Source of the DNA: Tubulanus polymorphus
Taxonomy: Eukaryota > Animalia > Nemertea
Assembly (NCBI RefSeq): GCF_964204645.1
Contig: NC_134028.1
Coordinates: 17,429,653-17,493,652, forward strand
Length of the DNA: 64,000 nt
Direction of reading: 5' to 3'
Shown here: piece by piece, positions 50,003-64,000 of the stretch
Numbering within the stretch: position 1 is the stretch's first letter
Layout: each line of letters opens with the position of its first letter
The notes under the pieces: generated by a model
What the model was told of the DNA's origin: nothing
Seen by the model: only the letters and a program-made list of their open reading frames with translations
Databases searched by the model: none
Made by a program: the position numbers and the translations under genes

Positions 50003-51034
50003 CTGTGTTTTGTATGTTGTATTTTCTTATTGGTTTACCTTTGTCAGCAGTATGAGCTTGGCATTGAGCCAATTCATGTGAAATCGCGGTACGTATTTTT
50101 ATGTGAGCATTTGTTTCATTGGTTCTCGGCTTAAACGACGTATAATCGATGCGATTGAAGACATGGCGAACCTTCCATCGATGACGTGGTCAACTCAGTT
50201 AAAATTCTACGAAAAACTGTTTTTGGCGGGAAAATTCTTAGCTCTTGCATATAAAATTACAATGACCTCGATTGGGGGACGTTGCCTCTACGAGCGAATG
50301 TGATTGGCTGTTTTTGGGATATACGGGGAATTCTGGCGCTACTAAAATAATTATGGGAAAGCCATTAATGGCGAACGTTTCATTGGACTAGGTGCCGTAT
50401 ATGTGCGAATCTAAAATGCTCATTGCTGGTGAGAATATAATTATTTCACATATCGCCATAGGTATTGTTTCGTTTTAATACCCGGTGATTGTGTTGTAGA
50501 GATCGAAGTGAAGCGAACGTTCACTACACAAGGCATCCACGTGTGCGCAGGAGCGCTAACATTAGACTGTTGCACACACAAACACACGCTTATACACACT
50601 ACTATATGGTGATGCAGTAACGCTGCTGCACGTTTGGTGTGATAACAGGCTGAATAATCGTCGTAGCAGAAGATGAGCGCTGTGTTTTCTGTTTGATAGA
50701 ATTTGTAATAAATTGTAATTTCTTGTGACCTGAAAATACTAAGCAGCAAACTATAGGTATAGGTCGAGGTATGAATATTGTAGTGGTAAATTCCAGGATT
50801 TAAAACGATCTAATACTACGCCCCGGTGTTTTAGCTTCCGCGGCCATACATGGGAAGAGGTTTCGTTTCCAAGACACAATATTCAGCCACCCTCTGATAT
50901 GTGACATCATACGAATTTTATTTGAATATTTTTTCATATTGTGAACATTTTTTTTGAAAATATAAAATAGTTTCCAATGCCGCGCCTACCTGTACCCTAC
51001 AAAATTTCGGACGTAGACCATAAACAAATGTTTA

Positions 51035-51200
51035 TCTTTGGTCTTATTTGACTACAAAATAATTCTTTAAGAACGATAAAATACAATATAAACTTCTAGA
51101 ACTTTGAAGTCACAAATTAAAAAGATTTTTTCAAGCAATGCCCTTACTCCAAACAACATCTAGCTTTCAAACCACACTTTGCCCATGGGCAATTTATTTT
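51035..51200. repeat. Interspersed repeat, inverted copy at about 61362-61531
   Basis: TCTTTGGTCTTATTTGACTAC...GCCCATGGGCAATTTATTT is a reverse-complement match. Confidence 0.85.
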
Positions 51201-51735
51201 TAAATTTATTACTTGTGTTTTGTATATTGTATTTTCTTATTTTTAAATTTGTAACTTTATTGAATTTGGGAATCTGATCAATATAGAATTGAATTGTCCC
51301 CTGATACACATGCCATCAGAGGATGCGGAGCCATATACGACAGGTATGCTATTATAAATTGCTATTCGGAATGATCGTTCTCATGAAACCCGCATACCCC
51401 TAATATTGAACATATTTTCTAAAACATTTGGATATTGAAATCATATGTTTACACATTTTCAAATTGACCGCTGGTAGCCGCCGATAAAACTCACGCGGCC
51501 CTACACAGATCGTAGATAGCTTCGTCCACCAGCATCCCCATGTCAGGGTCTTACTTTTATATTAGACTTCTGCACCGTGTATACATCCTATTTTTGACCG
51601 AATAATCCGATTTACTTATCATTTCTTTTTATGCCTGCCGCTTCTGATATAATCATAGATCCATTACTATTACAATACGTCTTCTCATGATATTCAATGC
51701 CATAAAATATTTCGAGGTTCAAATAGGGCTCATTA

Positions 51736-51912
51736 CATAATCACAGTAAGACATTCTACATCTTTGTCAATGATATTTTGCCAAATAGCTTGTATATTTA
51801 CACATAGACCTGACATTTTGCACGATTTACGGTTGTGATTTGTAAAATGACGCTGAAGGGTAACATTGTTTAGGTTTCATAATGGTAACGTTTTATAAGG
51901 CGTCAAAAAATC
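51736..51912. repeat. Interspersed repeat, direct copy at about 58547-58728
   Basis: ATAATCACAG.AAGACATTCTACATCTTTGTCAAT...ATAAGGC.TCAAAAAATC. Confidence 0.82.
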
Positions 51913-52616
51913 AAGCCAATCTGGATTCCGTGTACGGCTGGATGCATGGACAAAAATTGAACGCAATAGCCTGCTGAGACCAAAGTTCCAAGTGGGCTAA
52001 AAATTCATCATGTATGTATAAGGACTTTTCAACAGACGTAAGTTGTCTAATAAACAAAATGAACTAGAATGAACTTAATATATCTATTTGAAACATATAA
52101 CAGGAAAATTTATTCATTTTTGAATTGCATTTTTTGGTAGTAGAAATATATCATTGGTATGATTCATTTTCTTATGAAATTTAATATCAACAATCTTTTA
52201 CTCTACTGTCTGATGGTAAAGATTCTAGGGATGATGCGCGAGTTTTTATGAACCCAATAACTTACGGCACAGATTTGGTACATTATGAGTTGGTATGTCA
52301 ATGAATTAAGTACAAGTATTAATACAAGATCAAAATAACCTGAAAAATGAACATTCATGAAAAGGGGACAAGGGCAGAGAATGGGGTGAAAATCTATATG
52401 TCTTTTCAATCTTAAAAAACATTTACATTTATAAAACAAGCGTTATTGATATACTATTTACAATTCACTCCCCTGGTTGCAGGTGGTAGAACTTATCTCG
52501 TAGGCATTGTTGTTTGGATAAATAATCATTGGGCCAGGGGTTATGAATGATTGTCTCCAATTCAGGAGTAGTGATGCATGTGAAAATGAGACAGCATTGA
52601 ATAGAATTACAGGTGC

Positions 52617-53219
52617 AAACATCTTTCGTACTAGAGTTCCATTATCAATTTTGAATGCATCCACCAGCAGAGCCGACTCCACATACAGTCAAGGATGCAT
52701 GCATATAACATCCAGAAATGATTGGTCTAGGATTTCAACCTGCATGCATGGCATAGTCAGGGTATGACATTCGTTATCCACATTACAATGAAACCTACTA
52801 TGAATGCAAGTACCCTTTGTTTGCCTTTATCTACAGACATGATGTGTATGCAGTGAACATCGTGCAGATTAACACAACTTTCGCAGAACAATAGAACAAT
52901 GATTCAATCTTCGCTGTAAAACATCTTTCGTACTAGAGTTCCATTATCAACTTTTGAATGCATCCACCAGCACAGCCGACTTTACATACAGTCAAGGATG
53001 CATGCATATAACATCCAGAAATGATTGGTCTAGGATTTCAACTGCATGCATGGCATACTCAGGGTATGACATTCTTTATCCACAATCCAATGAAACTTAC
53101 TATGAATGCATGTACCCTTTGTATGCCTTTATCTACAGACATGGTGTGTATCCAGTGAACATCGTGCAGATAAACACAACTTTCGCAGAACAATAGAACA
53201 ATGATTCAATCTTCGCTGT
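52617..53219. repeat. 302-bp tandem duplication in the presumed KCTD 3-prime UTR
   Basis: ACATCTTTCGTACTAGAG starts at 52619 and again at 52921. Confidence 0.93.
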
Positions 53220-53248
53220 TGGACAACTTTATATGGACACAGTAATTG

Positions 53249-61287
<8,039 letters not shown>

Positions 61288-63235
61288 CTAAAAATAAATA
61301 ACAAATGTTTTACATATGCCACTACGTTAAAGACACATCAAATATGATGGCTAACTTCCTTAAATAAATTGCCCATGGGCAAAGTGTGGTTTACCTTGAA
61401 AGCTAGAGGTTGTTTGGAGTAAGGGCATTGCTTGAAAAATCTTTTTAATTTGTGACTTCAAAGTTCTAGAAGTTTATATTGTATTTTATCTTTCTTAAAG
61501 AATCATTTTGTAGTCAAATAAGACCAAAGATTTGTAACAATTAAGACAAGAAGATTTTGTAAGACATTTGTATGAAAAAATATTCTGAAGTTCACAAGCA
61601 CTTATTCCCGGTCAAACATAGGTGCCCAAGATAGATAAAGGGGCACCATATCCAATTGAAAAGGCACATTAAGTAAAAAGCACAAAGAAAATTGTCAAAT
61701 TAGTGGATCCAAACCCCCCACGTTGTATGAAATATCCTTGCCCTTTTATTGATAAATAGTGCCCTTTTAAATTTAGAAGGTAGATCAAAATAGTGCCTGG
61801 ATAGCCCCTGGCAACCTCTAGGCTGTCAACATCATATTTCATGCCGGCCCCCTGGTTGCCAGCATTATTTGATTTGAATCGACCCTATGTCAAAGACGGT
61901 TCGGCCCCAAGTTATGCCCTAGTTATGTACCCAGTTTGAAAAATAATTGGTCGACAAAATTAGCCACTTGGTTTTCATGTCCGCCCCCTGGTGGCCATAA
62001 TTTGAACTGAACCAACCCAATTTTAAATGAGGTTTAGCCTAAGTGATGCCCTGCTCATGTAGCAATTTTGAAAATTTGGTTGACAATTACGACCTCTATG
62101 CTGTTAACGGTGTTTTTCAGCCTGCTGGCCATCATAATTTGAACCAATTTGACTCAATTTTAGATGGAGTTCTGCCCCAAATGATACCCTACTTGTACAC
62201 CAATTTTGAAAAAAAGGGTTGACAATTGCCGCATCTAGGCTATTTCCATCACTTGGGGTGGCGGCTGCAGTGTTTTTAGGCACAGCTAAATCTATATGCC
62301 ACACTCAATTGAAAGTTCAGCCGGGGGCATAAAATGTAAGTTGGCTTATACACCAGATACCTTCGATATTGATTGAAAGTGACCATGTTCCGAGTTCAAG
62401 GTCACCATGATGAAATGGACTATCAATTCATGTTAGGCTACGCTCTCAATCAGAATTAAGGATACTGATAGAATAGTTGATTATACCTTAGGAATGTATC
62501 AAAATTAAATATCAAGAGAAAAAAAATCGAGTTTATTCAATGCGCAGTACGCAGTATTCAATATGGCATGCTGCAGTAGCAGTGTACCAGTACCTGTAGG
62601 CGTTTAATCCATATACAGCACTCTAATACATGCGCACGGCATTCAATCATACACAATACATTCAACATGCAGATACAAACAATGAGAACAAATCCGATAA
62701 TATATTGCACAGTATTAAAGACTCATTACTACTATGCAAAACACCATCACTGTTTTTGAAGACTTATCTAACCGCATGAAGAATTGAGTCGACCTATACA
62801 GCTAATATAGACAACTTTTATAAACAGAAAATTTTATTTCAACTTAAACACCAGGGCCTGTCACCAGGTTGGTTAAGAGGGATGAAACGGCCCATATTGA
62901 AAAAGTCGAAAAATATTTTCAAAAAAAGGATTTTTTGGGGAACAAAATGCAGTAACTTTTAGCCAAAAAACTTACTTCCTTTTGGTCAAAATGTTAATAG
63001 TTTAGGCCTCAATTAGAGCCGCTTTTTGAATGAGACGCCAAATTGGTTTTTTCCGACTCCACAGTTGTGCTAACAACTGCCGAAAACCGTCTTAAGGAGC
63101 ACTCTTAACTACGGAGCGCTCCGATGTGACGCCCGCGATTGAGGTGATTAAAGCGATTGAAGTGATTTACACTGTTCTCAGGAATAAAGAAAATGTTAGA
63201 AAAGGTCGGAAATCCGTCTATGGTTGGAAGATTTT

Positions 63236-63645
63236 CATCCCTGGGTTAAGATAACCTGTGGATAAGTTCTTAACTACCGCATAAGAACACATCCACCGGT
63301 TAGTTAACCACTAGTTAGATTCAGTTGCTCAAAACCTTGGTTAGGTCGCGGCTAGTTAAAGTTCCTTAACCAGCGGTTAAATCATTTATCCACTGGTTAG
63401 CCTTTTTTTCATAAAACATTCATCCGAAAATTGAGTCAGACACTTGAATCGCTGTAGATTAAATCTGTTGTAGCCAAATGTAGGCATTAAAAAACTGCGC
63501 TGGCCATTTTTAACCACTGGTTAAGTACTACACATAGACCCATGGGTCGTTTAACTTTAACCAATGGTTAGGGAATTTTACTGTTGGTTAAATTTTTGAG
63601 AAACCCAATCTAACCGACGGTTAAGAGTTTAACCGTCGGTTGATT
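63236..63645. repeat. GGTTAA/TTAACC-rich palindromic repeat region
   Basis: Many TTAACCNNNGGTTAA-type units. Confidence 0.5.
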
Positions 63646-64000
63646 GGTTGATATCAGTTAGATGTGGAAGCCATGTTTGCTTTATAACAAATGTATCGAA
63701 GATTCTGATTGGTGGTTGAAATCTTCAATCAGCAGCTATTGCCTCCGCAGTAAGATTTTTCAATTGTTATAATTAATTTCATTCGAATATAAAAAAATAC
63801 ATTTGCGGGCAGTTTTGGCATTGGATCAATTGAATAGTTTGTTTCGATTGACGACATGTATGCATCACGCGCGTCAGTCTGATCATTACTGCTGTGCACT
63901 AATCAATAGACCACGTGCATGCAGGTATATACTCTAGTGATCAGTAATGTATAGACGCTGCTCACTAGCGTGCGGCACATTTTTGAATGCTATCGTTTAA

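Noticed and set aside
52458-53196. Short ORFs in the 302-bp duplication
   Set aside because: No recognisable motifs, the frames differ between the two copies, and the region lies just downstream of the KCTD stop.

Overview
AT-rich animal genomic DNA with GT-AG introns, probably a marine invertebrate (host inferred only from repeat types). Most of the window is nested, decayed mobile DNA. From 9.3 to 49.0 kb lie several Polinton/Maverick (adintovirus-like) relics: integrase, packaging ATPase, two protein-primed PolB genes, major and minor capsid genes and palindromic AGTAA...TTACT termini. They are interleaved with two hAT elements, a 5-kb Kolobok element (THAP-DDE transposase plus a P2X7-ballast-like KolX), LINE, BEL/Pao, MULE-like, Academ-like and piggyBac fragments, MITEs and a 31-bp satellite. 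Two host genes can be spliced by hand: an apparently intact secreted phospholipase A2 and the last three coding exons of a KCTD5/KCTD2/KCTD17 (insomniac-like) gene. The standout observation is an intein with a LAGLIDADG homing endonuclease inserted in motif C of a Polinton pPolB (LYFD|SVTADT...ICLN|TDAY; 36072 to 31903, minus strand), now decayed and split by later insertions. All assignments come from motif recognition by eye; no database searches were run.
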